Source: Scenedesmus sp. PABB004
Lineage: Eukaryota
Assembly: GCA_014905635.1 (NCBI GenBank)
Contig: JABVCE010000014.1
Span: 248,001 to 312,000 of the forward strand
DNA length: 64,000 nt
Direction: 5' to 3'
Below are positions 9,970 to 22,791 of this stretch, piece after piece. The translations under genes and the position numbers were made by a program. Position 1 is the first letter of the stretch; each line of letters starts with the position of its first letter. The notes under the pieces were generated by a model, which made no database searches, was not told the origin of the DNA, and worked only from the letters and a program-made list of their open reading frames with translations.

Positions 9970-11524
9970 ATGGCGCCCGCGTGCGAGCAGCCGGAGGCCT
10001 TTGCCTTCAAGCAGGCGCCGCGCCGCAAGGCGCCCTGCTGCTGGGCCTTCTTCGTGCTCACAGCGCTCCTGGGACTCACCGTGGTCGTCTGCACCGCCGT
10101 CTGGTGAGCGCGCGCGCGGGGGTGCCCAAACGACCTGCCGCCCGCGGCGTCAAGCGCCGCCCGGGCGCCCCGGCTCGCTGGCGATCGTGCATTGCGTGGA
10201 TCGTCACGGAATGAGCGCCCGCCGCGGCGCGCGGGCACGGGGGCCGGTGTCGAGCGCGGGCAGCGCTGCTGCCAGGCCCGCCGCGCCGCGGCCGCGGCGC
10301 CATCGCGGCCCGGCGGGCGCCCGGGGTGCATAGCTCCATCAGCGCACGCCTCTGGGCTGCCCCGCGGCCGCAGCGGCGCCGGCGCGCCGCGCCGCGCCGC
10401 CTGACCGCGCCGCCGCCCGCGCGCGCGCGGGGCACGCCGCAGGCACCACTTCAGCAGCCTCGCGCTGACTGACACCAAGATCATCGCCGCCCTGATCAGC
10501 ATCCCGCCGCCCAAGGCCTTCACGCGCTACCTGCCCGCGCTGCTCGGCGCGAGCGTCGGCCTCGCCGTGCTGTCCGCGCTCGCGGTGTGGGGCACGTTTG
10601 CGTGGCGCGCGCTGCGCGTGCGCGCCGCGTCGTCGTCGCCGGGCGGCGCCGGCCGCGCGGCGCCGTTCCTCGTCGCGTCGGGCGCGACGGTCGGGCTGCT
10701 GTACCTCGTGCTCGTGTGGTTTGTCGTCATGTTTGCCATCAGCCTGCTCTGGGCAGGCGGCGGCCTCATCGCGAGCAAAGCGACCATGGACGGCGCCAAC
10801 ACGCTGCTCGTCGTCGACGAGACGCTGCCAAAGCTCATCAAGACCGCGATGGGCATCGACCCAGCCAAGACGGCGAGCGGCGGCGGCGCGGCGCGGCGGC
10901 GGCGCGCGCGGGCGCAGGGCGACCGGCGGGCGGCGGCGGCGCAGCGGCGGCGGGCGGCGGGAGGCGCGCGGGCGGGCCCGGCGCGGCGCGGCCCGCCGCC
11001 TGACGCCCGCCGCGCCCCGCCTCACGCCCGCCGCGCCCCGCGCCGCCGCGCGCGACGCGGCGCCGCAGGGCTACCTGGTGCACGTCGCGGGGCGGGACGT
11101 CAACATCGGGCGCTCCTCGTGCAGCCTCTTCTGCTTCACGCTCGCGCGCGCGATGCTGGCCGACACGATCGACTGCACCTGCGACCGCGACCTCGCGGCG
11201 CGCCTCATGCCGCCCGGCGGCGCGACGCACGACATCGCCGACGCGGCCGTGTGCGCGGCGACGCCGGTGATGTGCAGCATCAACGCCTACGCGTTTGCGC
11301 TGTACAAGCGCCACATGGTCCCCGCGGTCGGCGCGGTCGCGGTCGCGCTGCTCGCGCTCGCGGCGCTGCTCGCGCTCGCGGCCGGCACGCACGCGCGCGC
11401 GCGCGCCGAGGCGCGCGCGGGCGAGATGAGCCGCTGCGGCAGCGCCGACGCGCAGCTGCGCCTGGACGGCGGCAGCAGCGCCGACGGCGGCAGCCCTCGC
11501 AAGGGCGGCGCGGCGCCGGCGTAA
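9970..11524 (+). CDS. Multi-pass membrane protein of unknown function (3 exons)
   Basis: MAPACEQPEAF..CCWAFFVLTALLGLTVVVC; several hydrophobic helices; Cys-rich loop (CSLFC, DCTCD); TAA at 11522. Confidence 0.7.
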
Positions 11525-12079
11525 GCGCGGCGCCGCCGGCGGGGCGGGCGGGCGAGCGTGTACCACCACCAGCAGCAGCGCCGACGACGAGCGAGGGCGG
11601 GACGAGCGCAACGCAACGCATGCGCGCGGGGCGGCGCGCAGGGCGGGGCGCCGGAGCGGCGCGCCCGCCCGCCCGCGCGTGCAGCCGCGTGGCCCAGCTG
11701 GCGAACGCTCGACGCACGGCTGCCGGCGGTCTGTTGGTCTGTGGTTGGTTGCAAAGGGTCGGTCGGTTGACTTGGTTCTTTACGCAGCACTTGCGCGCGC
11801 GATTGCGGCGCGGCGGCGGCGGCTCGCTGGCCGCCGCGGCGCGCCTGACGCTGATGATGATGCCTGCGTGCAGCGCGAGCCACGGGCCGTCACGCACACA
11901 CGCACACACATACAGACACACATACACACAAGCGCGATGACTCAATCCTGCAGGAAGGCGGCCGCTTTCATCCCACCACCAACTCACCCGCGGCGGCGAC
12001 GGACGCGGGCGGCGAACAGATCGGCGCGGGAGAGATAACCGAACCACGTTTCAAAGCCCCGCGCGCGACCGGCCGCCGC

Positions 12080-13189
12080 TCAGCTGCTGAACATCCCGCA
12101 GCGCCGCAGCCACAGGCTGAACGCGACGGTCACAACGCAGCACGACGTCCAGAAGTACAAATACCCGTATTCCCAGTGTATTTCCGGGAACTGCGTAAAG
12201 TTGGTGCCGTACACGCCCGCGAGGAAGGTGATGGGCAGGAACAGGCACGACACGACTGCAAGCAGCTGCATCGACGAGTTGTTGGCGTGGCTGACCGTGT
12301 TGAAGATGAGGTCGATCAGCGCCTGCCGGGGGAGAGGAGAGGGGGCGGGGGCAGGATCAGCAGGTGGCGCGGCCGGCGCGGCGGGCCGGCGCGGCGGGCC
12401 GGCGCGGCGGGCCGGCGCAGCGCGCAGGAGCGCGCAGGAGGGCGCAGGCGCCGGGCGCCTGGCGCGCAGGCGCAAGGTGCCCGACGCCGGCCGCGCTCGG
12501 CCGGGGCGGCGCCCGCGGGACCCGGGGGCCGCCCCGCCCCGACCCCAGCGGCGCGCGCGGCGCGCGCCTTGGTGTCCTCTGCCAGCACGTCCAGGTCCTC
12601 GCACAGCGTGCTCACGTGGTCCAGCACGTCCGACAGGTACAGCGCCTGTGGGGCGGGGCGCGGCGGCACGCGAGAGCGCGCGCGCGTCGGCAGCCGAGCG
12701 CCGCAGCCGGCGTGCCGGGCCAAAACGAGCGCAGCGGGCGCGCCGCGCCCACTGTGAGCGGCGTGAGGAACTGGGTGCTGTCGCGCGCGGCGTGCCCGCT
12801 CTGCAGCTTGTGGATGAGGTGCTGCGTCGGCACCAGCGTGCGGCGCAGCACTGCGCGGCGCGGCGCGGCGCGGCGGGGGCGTGGGCGTGGGCGCGGCACA
12901 GGCATGGGCTCCGGCGGGCGCGGCCGGCCGGCTGGGCGCGCGCGCGCGATGCCGTCGCGCGCGTCGCTGCCGCCGCCGTGCGCGCGCGCGTGCACCCTTG
13001 AGGTCGTTGCCCAGTAGGTGCAGCTCCTTGGTGAGCGCCGCGGGGGGCCGCTTGTTCAGCAGCACCTGGGGGCGCGGCGGACGGGCGCGGCGCGTGAGCG
13101 CACGCGCACGCATACGCGCCGCCCGCAGCCCGCCCGCCCGCCGCACACTCGCCTGGCTCTCGAGCGCCGCGATGCGCGACGAGTACACC

Positions 13190-13222
<33 letters not shown>

Positions 13223-16101
13223 GTGGGCGAACAGCGCAGCACAGCGCGTGTGCCCTGCGTGCGCCGCCCCGCGCGCGCCGCCGCTGCCGCGCGCGCGCGC
13301 CTCTCGCCTGCACGACCGGCAGCGTGTGGTCCACCACGGCGTCGAGCAGGGAGTTGAAGAGGAAGCTCGCGTTCTCGCTGTCCGTCAGCAGCGTCTTGAA
13401 GCCCTGCGTCAGCGCAACCAGCCCAGACCCCGGGGGAGAGGGCAGCGGGTGCGGGCGTCAGGGCGCTGTGCTCGCTGAGGCGCACGCCGCCGCGGCGCGG
13501 GGCGGGGCGGGCGGGCGCGCGGCGGCGCCCGCGGACCCGCAGGCGCTCGAGGATGCCGTGCGCCACGCCCTCGCCCTCCGAGCTGAACATGCTGATCACC
13601 GTGCCGTCCCTGCCGCGGTGCCAGGGGGCGCCGGGCGCGTCGGCGGCGGCGCTGCGCCGGGGCGCCGCCGCGCGCGGCGACCGCCCGCGCCCGCGCGCCG
13701 CCGGCGGCGCGGGCGCCGCGCGCGTCGCGCCTCGCGCACGGCGCACCGAAAGAGAAACAGGCTCGCCTGCTCGATGCCCAGCTCCATGGGCCGCAGCGAG
13801 CCGCAGCTGGCGCTGCTGCCCGCGCTGGCCGCGCCAAGCGCGGTGGGCGCCGCCGCACTGCCGCCGACCTCGCGCGGCGCGAGCCGCCTGGCGGGTGCGC
13901 GGCGCGGCGCGTGTCGGCGGCGGCTGCGGCGGCGCCGCCCGTCCGCGAGCGCGCTGCGCCGCCCCGCCCGCGGCGCCCCACCGGCGCAGCTTGGGCATGC
14001 CGCGGCGGTCGCGCGCCGGCGGCGCGGCGGCCGGCGGCGGCGGCGCGCCGCGCCAGCCGCCGTCGAGCGCGGCCGGCCCGAGCGCCGCGCCCGCTGCGGG
14101 CGTGATGGTGGAGGGCTCGCCCACACTGACCATGATGACGCTGGCATACAGGTACTCCTGCGAGGCCCCCCACCGGGGCGCGGCGGCGGCGGCGGCGGCG
14201 GGCGTCGGGGCTGCTGCGCGCGCGCGCCCCGCGCCCGCGCGCGGGCGCGGGGCCGCCGCCGCCGCGGCCGTCCGTCGTGCTGCACGCGCACGCTGCCCGA
14301 CCCCTGCAGCGGCACGTGCCGCCTGCACGTCCGGATGACCATCGCCCAGCCAGGCCACGCGGGGCGGCACACGGAGGTCAAGTCGGCGGCGGACGCCGCC
14401 TTCTACAGCGTCGCGTGCCCGCTCCGCTCTACGCGGCGGTGATCGAGCTCGTCGACAGCGCTGACGACGCGATGGGCGTCGCCATCGCCGCCGGCGTCGG
14501 CGCGGCGCAGCTGGTGACCGCGGCCGGCAAGCGCGCGGTCGACGGCGACGTGCTCGCGGCGGCGCGCGGCGCCGAGTCCGCTGCGCGCGGCGGCGCGGAG
14601 CGCCCGATCTACAGCCAGGCCCTCGCGGGCCGCCGGGCCTTTTTCACCAGGTGCCGCGTCGTGTCGGAGCCGGCGGCGCGCGAGCGCCGCAACGTGCTGG
14701 TCGCGGCCGCGGGCGAGCTCGTCGCGGCGGCGCGCGCCGCGGCGGCGGCCGTCGCGCCCGGCGACGCCGTCGAGGCGGCGCGCGCGGTGCTGGAGGCGCT
14801 GGCGCCCGACGCCGGCCCGGCGGCGCTGGCGCCGGGCAGCACCACGACCGCCACGACGCTCGCCAACGCCGTGCGCGGCGTGCTGAGCGTGCCCGCCGAC
14901 GGCGCGGTTTGAAGCCGAGCGCTGAGCGCCGTGCGCGCGCGTGCGGCGGCGGGGCTCCCCGACGGCAATGGCGCCGCGCTCGGCGCGGCGCGCGGCGCGG
15001 CCGGCCGCAGCACTTAATGTTGGCCGGGGCGCGACCGGCGCCGTCAGCGTGTGCGTGGGGCACGTGGACTATGTCCTCCACACTCAGGGGGTGCAGCTCG
15101 TACGCGGCAGCGAGGGCGCTGATGACGTCCCAGCTCAGGCCCTGGCGGCAGCGCGGCGGCGGCGGCGGCGGCCGGGGCGGCGCCGCTCGGGCCCCGACAG
15201 CGCGGCGGCGGGCGGCGGCCGGCACGCCGGCGCCGCGCGCGCGCCCACCTGGACGTTAATCCAGCGGACCCTGGACCAGGGCGGGCGCGGCTGCTGCAGG
15301 AACGCGGCGAGCGAGTCGTTGCGCACGCCGTCCACCACCTTGACCTGCTCCTGGCTGCGCGGTGTGGCGAGGGGCCGGGCGTCGTATCAGGGCGCCGCGC
15401 GGGCGTGGGGCGGGCGCGTAGCGGCGGCGCCCCGCCGCGCGGCGCGGCGCACGCGGCTCGCGCGCGCCGCTCACTTGTAGTCAGCGACGGTGATCTGGAC
15501 CTCGCAGTCGAGCAGCGGGCGGAGGAGGCTGTCGTAGTTGTGTCGCTTCACGTCGAGGCCCTGCAGGCCGACGTGGGGCTTCAGCCCCGCCGTCGCGCGG
15601 TGCAGGCGGACCACGGCCTGCGCCGCGCTGCGCCAGCGCTGCGCCGGCGCCGCCTTGGCGCCGCCGCACGGCGGCGCCGCGCTCGCGCGGCCGCCGGCCG
15701 GGACGGACGTGCTGCGCGACAGCTCGCGCGCGCGCGCGCCCGCCAGCAGGCGCTGCTTGGTGGGCGACCCGCCGCCGTCATCGCTGCTGTCGTCCGCCTC
15801 CTCGGCGTCGTCGGCCGCGGCCGAGCCGCGCAGCTCCCGCAGCGCCGCCGCGTCGGCCGGTTCGACCGAGGCGGCCAGCCAGTACTCCTGCTGCCGGAGG
15901 CCACCCGGCAGCTGTAGCTGCGGGTCGTCTGGCCCCAGGTCGATCAGGACGTCACCTGCGCAGGCGCGGGCTTTTCAGCGGGCGGCGGCGCGGCGAGCGC
16001 AGCCGGACACGACCGCCCGCGCTGGGCGCACCTGGGTCCGACCCGCCGCCCGCTGCCGGCACCGCCGGCACCGGCTCGCCACCCCCATCGCCGCCTGGCA
16101 T
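12080..16101 (-). CDS. CorA/ZntB-like divalent metal transporter (possibly interrupted)
   Basis: RVRWINVQGLSWD..YELHPLSVEDIVHVP, FLFNSLLDAVVD, LYLSDVLDH, LLAVVSCLFLPITFLAGVYGTNF..PEIHWEYGYLYFW. Start at 16101 is inferred. Confidence 0.85.
14290..14912 (+). pseudogene. Frameshifted coding-like fragment lying antisense inside the CorA gene
   Basis: Codon-biased stretch (MTIAQPG..AAFYSVACP / LYAAVIELVDSADD..VLSVPADGAV*) with a frame switch near 14425. Confidence 0.35.
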
Positions 16102-16442
16102 CTGAAAGCGCGCCTGCGCCGGCTCGCCGCTGCCTGGCCGCCCGCGCAGCGGGCAGACGCAGCAGCGGCGGCCTGCCCGCGAGGGCGCGGCGAGTGCGCG
16201 CCCGCAGCTGCGGCTGCCGTGTGCGATCGCAGAGCTGCTGCGGGCAGGCGCGTGCGGCTGGTCGGGCTGCGGCGCGCGGACGGCGCGGACGGCGCGCGAG
16301 CAGCGGCGACCAAGCGCTGACGGCGCGCTGCTGCCCCTAGGCCGCGGCACGAGCTCTCGTCGGACGGGGTGAGTGAGGGGCGACGGGCCAGCGACGATCG
16401 GACGACCACCGACGCAGGGGCTCAGCGTTCCAAACCCCGCGC

Positions 16443-19400
16443 TCACACGCGGCCCGCCGCCGCGCCGGCGCCGCCCAGCTCGCCCGCGCCGGCGGCGTCG
16501 CCGCCGCCCCCAGCCGCGCGCGCCGCGCCGCCGCCGCGCCCGTACTGCGCGCGCAGCAGCAGGCTGTTGCTGACGACGGCGACCGACGAAAAGGCCATCA
16601 TGCCGCCCGCGGCGCTCGGGTTGAGCGCGAGGCCGAGGCTCGGCAGCAGCGCGCCCGCTGCGAGCGGGATGCCGACCACGTTGTACACGAGCGCCCAGGC
16701 CAGGTTCTGCCGGATTTTGGCCAGCGTCGCCTGGCCGAGGCGCACGCAGTCGACGACCTGGCCCAGCCGGTCGCCCATGAGCACGACCGACGCGGCCTCG
16801 CCTGCGCGGGCGGGCGCACGCGCACGGCAGCGGCGGCGGCGTTGCAGAGGCGCGCACGAGAGCGGCCGCCACGCCCCCGGCGCGTCCCCGGCGCGCCGAG
16901 CGCCGCGGACGGCGGCCCCGCGCCGCGCGCCGCGCGCCGCGCGCCGCGCGCCCCACCCGCCGCGTCGAGGCCGCCCGAGAGCGCGATGCCGACGTCCGCC
17001 GCCGCGAGCGCGGGCGCGTCGTTCACGCCGTCGCCGACCATGGCGAGCCGCATGCCCTCCGCCTGCAGGCGCGTGATGACGGCGAGTTTGTCCTGCGGGC
17101 TGTTGGACCCAAACGCGTCGCCCGGCGCGATGCCGGCCGCCGCCGCGACGGCCTGCACCGTCGCGTCGTCGTCGCCTGAGAGCAGGAACACGCGCAGGCC
17201 CATGCCCTGCAGCGCCGCGACCGTGCGCGCCGCGTCGGGGCGCAGCGCGTCGCGGAAGGAGAGGCCGCCCAGCAGGCGCGGCCCGACGGCGACCAAGACC
17301 TGCGTGCCCCGCGCGCCGCCGGGCTCGCCGGGCGGCGCCAGCTGCGCCGCGGCGGCGCGCTGCGCCTCGGGGAGCTGGCCCAGCACCCACTCCGGCCGGC
17401 CCACGAGCACGGGCTGCCCGCCGATCACCGCGGCGACGCCTGCGGCGCGGCGCGGCGCAACGGCGGGCGGGCGGCTGGTCAGCGGGGTGCCGCCCACACG
17501 GCCACGCGGCGGGCCACACCCCGGGCGCTCGCCGCCCGCCGCCCACGCCGCGCACGCCGCCGCGGCGCGCACCTGAGCCCGGCTCGGTGCGCGCCTCGTT
17601 CGCCGCCGGGAGCTTGAGCCCGCGCGCCGCCGCCTCGGCCGCGAGCGCGGCGGCGAGCGGGTGCCGCGTGTTGGCCTCGACCGCTGCCGCGACCCGCAGC
17701 AGCAGCGCCTCGCCGTCGCCGCCGGCGCCGGCACCGCCGCCGCCGCCGCCGTCCAGCGCGGCGGCGACGGCGTCCGCCGCGCCGGGCGCGAGCGCGAGGC
17801 CCGCGAGGCGGAGCCGGCCCTCGGTGAGCGTGCCGGTCTTGTCGAAGACCACGCCCGTGATGCCCGCGACGCGCTCGAGCACGTCGCCGCCGCGCATGAG
17901 CAGGCCGCGCGTCGCGCCGAGGCTGGAGCCCACGAGCACCGCCGTCGGCGTCGCGAGCCCCAGCGCGCAGGGGCAGGCGACGACGAGCACGTCGACCGCG
18001 AGTCGAATAGACAGCAGCAGCGCCGAGGGGCTGCCCGACGCCGTGAGCGCGGCGGGGAAGAGCTGCGTGCCTGCGCCGCGGGAGCGCCGCGCGGACGGCG
18101 GCGCGACCGAGCCCGTCGCACGGGCGCGCGGCGCGCGCGCGGGCGCAGCGCGGGCAGCGGCCGAGAGCGGCTGTGCGCGCGCGCGCGTGCTCACCGAGGA
18201 GCTGCCAGAAGCCAAACGTCGCCGCGCTGGCAGCCATCACGCCGTAGCAGAACTTGCCCGCGACGGCGTCGGCCACGCGCTGCACGGGCGCCTCGCGCGC
18301 CTGCGCGGCCGCGACCAGCCGCCCGATGCCTGGCCGGCACGCGCGGCGCCGGCGCGGGGCAGGCCGCGGTTCGGGCAGGCAGGCGCGGGCGTGGGCGGGC
18401 GAACCGCCGGCGGCGGCGGCGGCGCAGGGTGCGCCAGGGCGCGGTGCGCGGCGGCGCACCCGCGAGCGTGCTCTCCGCGCCCGTGGCGGTGGCGCGGATG
18501 GTGAGCGGCCCCTCATACACCACAGTACCGCCCGCGACACCCGCGCCGGCGCGCTTGGCCACGAGCACGCTCTCGCCTGCGCGCCAGGCAGGCGTGCGTT
18601 CGTGTGAGTGCGCGCGTGTGTGCGTGCAGGTGTGTGCGGCGGCGGCGGCAGCACGACGCCCGGACAGCTGCCGGCTGAGCCGGCGGCGGCACTGTGGCGC
18701 CCGCCGGGCCCCTCGGCCCCGCCAGCCGGGGCGCGCACCCGTGAGCATGGCCTCGTCCACCGCCGCCACGCCGTCAAGCACCTCACCGTCGCACGGCACG
18801 CGCTCGCCTGCAGCGGCGGCGACGGCGGCGGCGCGGCGCGGGCGTCGGCCGCGGGCCCGCCGCGGCGCCGCCGCCCGAGCCGGCCGGCACCGTCGCTGCG
18901 GGCGGCAGCCCCCCCGCAGCTGCGGGCGCCGCACCCGGCAGCACGCGCAGGATGTCGCCCGGCCGCACGCTGCTCGTGGGCACCAGCACCAGCTCGACGC
19001 CCTCCGCCACGCCGCCGCCGCCGGCCGCGCCCGCGGCCGCTGCCGCGGGCTTGGCGCCGCTCGGGTCCAGCACCAGCCGGCTGCTGGCGGGGATGAGCTT
19101 GGCCAGGGCCTTGAGGTCCGACGCGGCGCGCACCTGCGCCCAGCGCCAGGGCGGCGGCGGCGGCGGCGCGTGTCGCGCCGCTCCGGCCCGGGCCCGTCGC
19201 CGCGACTGCGCCCCGGTGCGTGCGCCGCCCCCGCGGCGCGTGGCGCGCACCTTGGCCCGCGCCTCGAGCGCGCGGCCGAGCAGCACAAAGGCGAGCAGCA
19301 TGACAGGCTCCTCGAGGAAGGAGGAGTCAAAGCCCAGCCCCGGCAGCGCCGCGGCGGCGGCGCCGACGGCAAAGCTCGTGGTGCTGCCGATCGCTACGAG

Positions 19401-20694
19401 GCTGTTCATGTTTGGCGCGCCGCCCCAGAGCGAGCGCAGGCCGTCGACGAGCAGCCTGGCCGGCGGGGGGGGGGGGGGGGGGCGGCGCGGCGGCGCGGGC
19501 GTGAGCGCGGATGCGGGGGGCTGTGGGCTCGCCGGCGCGGCGCGCGGCGGCCGCCGCTCACGTGCGCCCCGGGCCGAGCAGCGCGAACGCGCCGAGCGCG
19601 CCGCTGACGGCGGGCTGGCCCATGAGGGCCATGAAGGGTGTGTGGGCAAACTGGTGGTAGCCGAGCGCGTGCAGCAGGTGCCCCAGGTGGTGGCTGCAGC
19701 AGAGCAGCACGAGGGCCCAGGCCAGCCCGAGGTTGACCAGGCTCGCGCGCGCCTCCTCGGCGCGCCGCGCGTCGGCCTCGTCCGACGCGAGCGCGCCGTC
19801 GGCCTCGGGCGCGCGCAGCTTCGCGGGGAAGCCCTGCCGGCGGGGACCGGGGGGCAGGGGGGTCGGCCCGTGGCACGCCGGGGCCGTCTGCCGGCCGCAG
19901 GCACGCCGCTGCGGCAGCGCCGCCGCCGCCGCCGCACCTTTTTTGTGAGCATCTCGGCGGCCGCCGACACGGTGCCCGCCTCGCCCGCGCTGCGGTCGCG
20001 GCGGCGGCAGCGGCGGAGACGGCCATGTGGTCGCAGCCCTCGGCCGTTGCGCCGCCGCCCGCCCCCCGCAGCTGCCGCCGCCGCCCCGGCTCGCGCCGCT
20101 GCGTACCGCACGGTCACGGCCGCCGTCTCAGTGAGCAGGTTGACCGCCGCGCCCTGCACGCCCGGGTGCTTCGCCAGCATCGACTTGACCGCCGCCGAGC
20201 AGCCGCCGCACTTCATGCCGCCCACGTCCAGCACGACCGTCTCAACCGCGGCGGGGGCCTCCACGTCGGACGGCGGCGCCGCGAGCGCTGCGGCGGCGCG
20301 GAGCGGCACCGGCGGGCGGCGTCGTCGCGCGCGCCCGAGCGCCGCCGCTGCCCGCGGTGCGCCGACCCCGGCGCCCGCCGCTCGTGCGCCCACCTGCACC
20401 CGCCTCCACCGCGGGCTCCGCGGACGCCGCGCGCGCGGCGAATGAGGCCCGCTGCGGCCCGCGCAGGGCGCCGTGTGCGAGCGGCAGCAGCGGCGCCGCC
20501 GCGCCGGCCGGCGCGGCGCCGCTGGCGCCCGGCGCGACGCCTCGAGCTGCGGGCCATGCGCAGCTGCCGCTCCGGGTGGCCGCCCGCCGGCCGTGGGCGC
20601 GCAGGAGCCGCGGCAGCAGCAGCGCGCCCGGGCGCAGCGACATCGCGGGCGCGGCGGGGGCGCGCAGGGCGTGCGCCCGCGCCGGCGCGCTCAT
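16443..20694 (-). CDS. PAA1: Chloroplast Cu-transporting P1B-type ATPase (PAA1/HMA6-like)
   Basis: Transit-like N-terminus; HMA motif GMKCGGC; PNMNSLV, FLEEPVML, TGES, CPCALGLATP, DKTGTLT, HP, GDGVNDAP, YN, MMAFSS. Confidence 0.93.
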
Positions 20695-21069
20695 GAGGCC
20701 GTGCCAAGCTGGAGGCTGGCGCGACAGCTCGCGCACGCGCCGCGAGCAGATCTCCGGCCCAGGCGCGACGCCCGCGCCAAGGGCCCGCCTGAGGCACGCG
20801 GGAGCTGAATGTGCGACGACAGGAGGCGCGGCGGCGGGCGCCGGAGCGTTCATGCGCTGCGCCCCGCTGCTTGCGCCGCCGCGCGCCCGGGCGCCGAAAC
20901 CTCCTGCGTTTCACTCTCCCGCACGCGCGGGGGTCCGCTCGCTCACTCACGCCACGGGAGGGCCTGCTCTTGCCGCGCCGCGCCGCGCTCGCGCGCTCCG
21001 TGCTCCGCGCGCTCCGCGCGCGCCACGCCGCCGGCCCTTATTCGCGCTCGCCCGCCGTCCGCGCTGCGC

Positions 21070-21225
21070 TCAGGCCTTGAGCGCCTTGAGCGCCTCCGCG
21101 ACGTGGGCCTCGGCGTTGAGCTGGTCGTTGAAGGAGAGCACGCACTTGCCGGCGGCGTTGAACACAAACGTCTGCCGCCCCGGCAGCAGGCCGAGCAGGT
21201 CGCCCTTGATGCCAAAGGTCTGCCG

Positions 21226-21258
<33 letters not shown>

Positions 21259-22380
21259 GGGGGGGGGTGCGTCAACGCATGTGCTTTGAAAGAGGTGCGC
21301 GCGCACGTTTTGTGCACGTGTGTGAGAGCAGGCGCGTGCGCGGCCCGACGCCCGCGCCCCGACGCCGGCGCCCACCTTGCGCATGATGCTGCTGGGGTCG
21401 GTGAGCAGCGGGAAGGGCAGGCGCTGCGCGTCGGCAAACGCCTTGTTGTCGGCCGGGGCGTCGCTGCTGATGCCAAACACCTGCGCGGGGCGTCGACGAC
21501 GAGGCGTTCGCCGCCGCCCTGGCCGCTGCCGCCGCCCCCGCCGCCGCGGCCGCCCTGGCCGCCGCCGCCCTGGCCGCCGCCGCCGCGGCCGCCCGCACCT
21601 GCGCGCCCGCCTTGACAAAGGCGTCGTACTCGTCGCGGAACTTGCACGCCTGCGCAGCGGCAGGCGGGGCCGGGGCGCGGCGCGCTGTCGGGACGGGCAC
21701 GCGCCGGGCGGCCGAGCCACCGACAGCGGGCGGGCGCCGCAGGGCCCCGCGGCTGCGAGCGCCGCGCCGCGCCGCGCGGCGCGCGCGCCTCCTTGGTGCA
21801 GCCGGGCGTGGCGGCCTTGGGGTAGAAGAAGAGGACCAGCGGCTTGCCCTCGAAGCTCGCCAGGCTCACGGTCTTGTTGTCGCTCGTCTTGAGCACGCTG
21901 CGCGCGCGCGCGCGGCGCCCGAGCACGTGAGCGCGGCGAGGCGAGGCGTGTGCCAGCGGCGCCGCGCGAACGCGGGAGCCGCCGGGCGTGCGCCCAATTG
22001 CCCCGATCTGCGGCGCACCGGTAGTACTCGGCGCTGTCCTTGAGCGACTCGCCGACCTGCGGCCGGGGCGAGATCGGCGCGGGCAGCGCTCGGCGGCGCG
22101 GCGGCTGCTGGCCCAGGCGCCGCGCCGCTGGCCGCGGTCCTCGCTGCGACCTCCCCGTCGCGCGTGGCGCCGCCGACGTGGCGGTGCGCCGCGGGCAGCG
22201 CGCGAGTGCCGGCGCGGGGGCGGGGCCCGCGATTCGCCGGGCGGCAGCAGCTCCGCACACCTTCATCGCGGCCACGCGCACGCTGCTCGTGCGGCTGCGG
22301 GACGCGCGCGCGGCCACGAACGCGGGGCGGCTGCCGGTCGCGCCGGCGCGGCTGGCCAGGCGCTGCTGCTGCGCGAGCAT
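21070..22380 (-). CDS. PRXQ: Chloroplast peroxiredoxin Q (BCP family)
   Basis: Transit peptide; LFFYPKAATPGCTKE|ACKFRD; VFGISSD; LPFPLLTD; FGIKGDLLGLLPGRQTFV. Confidence 0.95.
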
Positions 22381-22791
22381 CGCTGCTGCTCCTGCGCGTG
22401 CGACGGGCGACGGCGGCAGCGAGAGGACGGCGGGGAGACGATGTGTGAAGGCGCAATTGCAGTTGGAGGGCCGCGGTTGGCGCCGCTGTCTGCGCGGCGG
22501 TTTGCCGGCGGTCCGCGCTGGTCCAGCCGCACGGCCTGCGTCAAGAGGTACGGTGCCGATCGCGAGCTGAGGCAGCGCCCGGGTCTGGGAGTGGCGTGGC
22601 GAGCGACGACGGCCCGAGCTCGAGCGCGCACCTCAGCGTCAACTCGCCCGTCACAGGACCGCTCCGCGATCGCGCCTCACTGCACCGCACCCACTGCCAG
22701 CTGTCCACGGGGACGCGTTTTGGCCCCACACAGCCCACACGCAGCGCACCGCCCAATGGTTGACTCTGACCCAGACATCGCCCGCCTCGGA

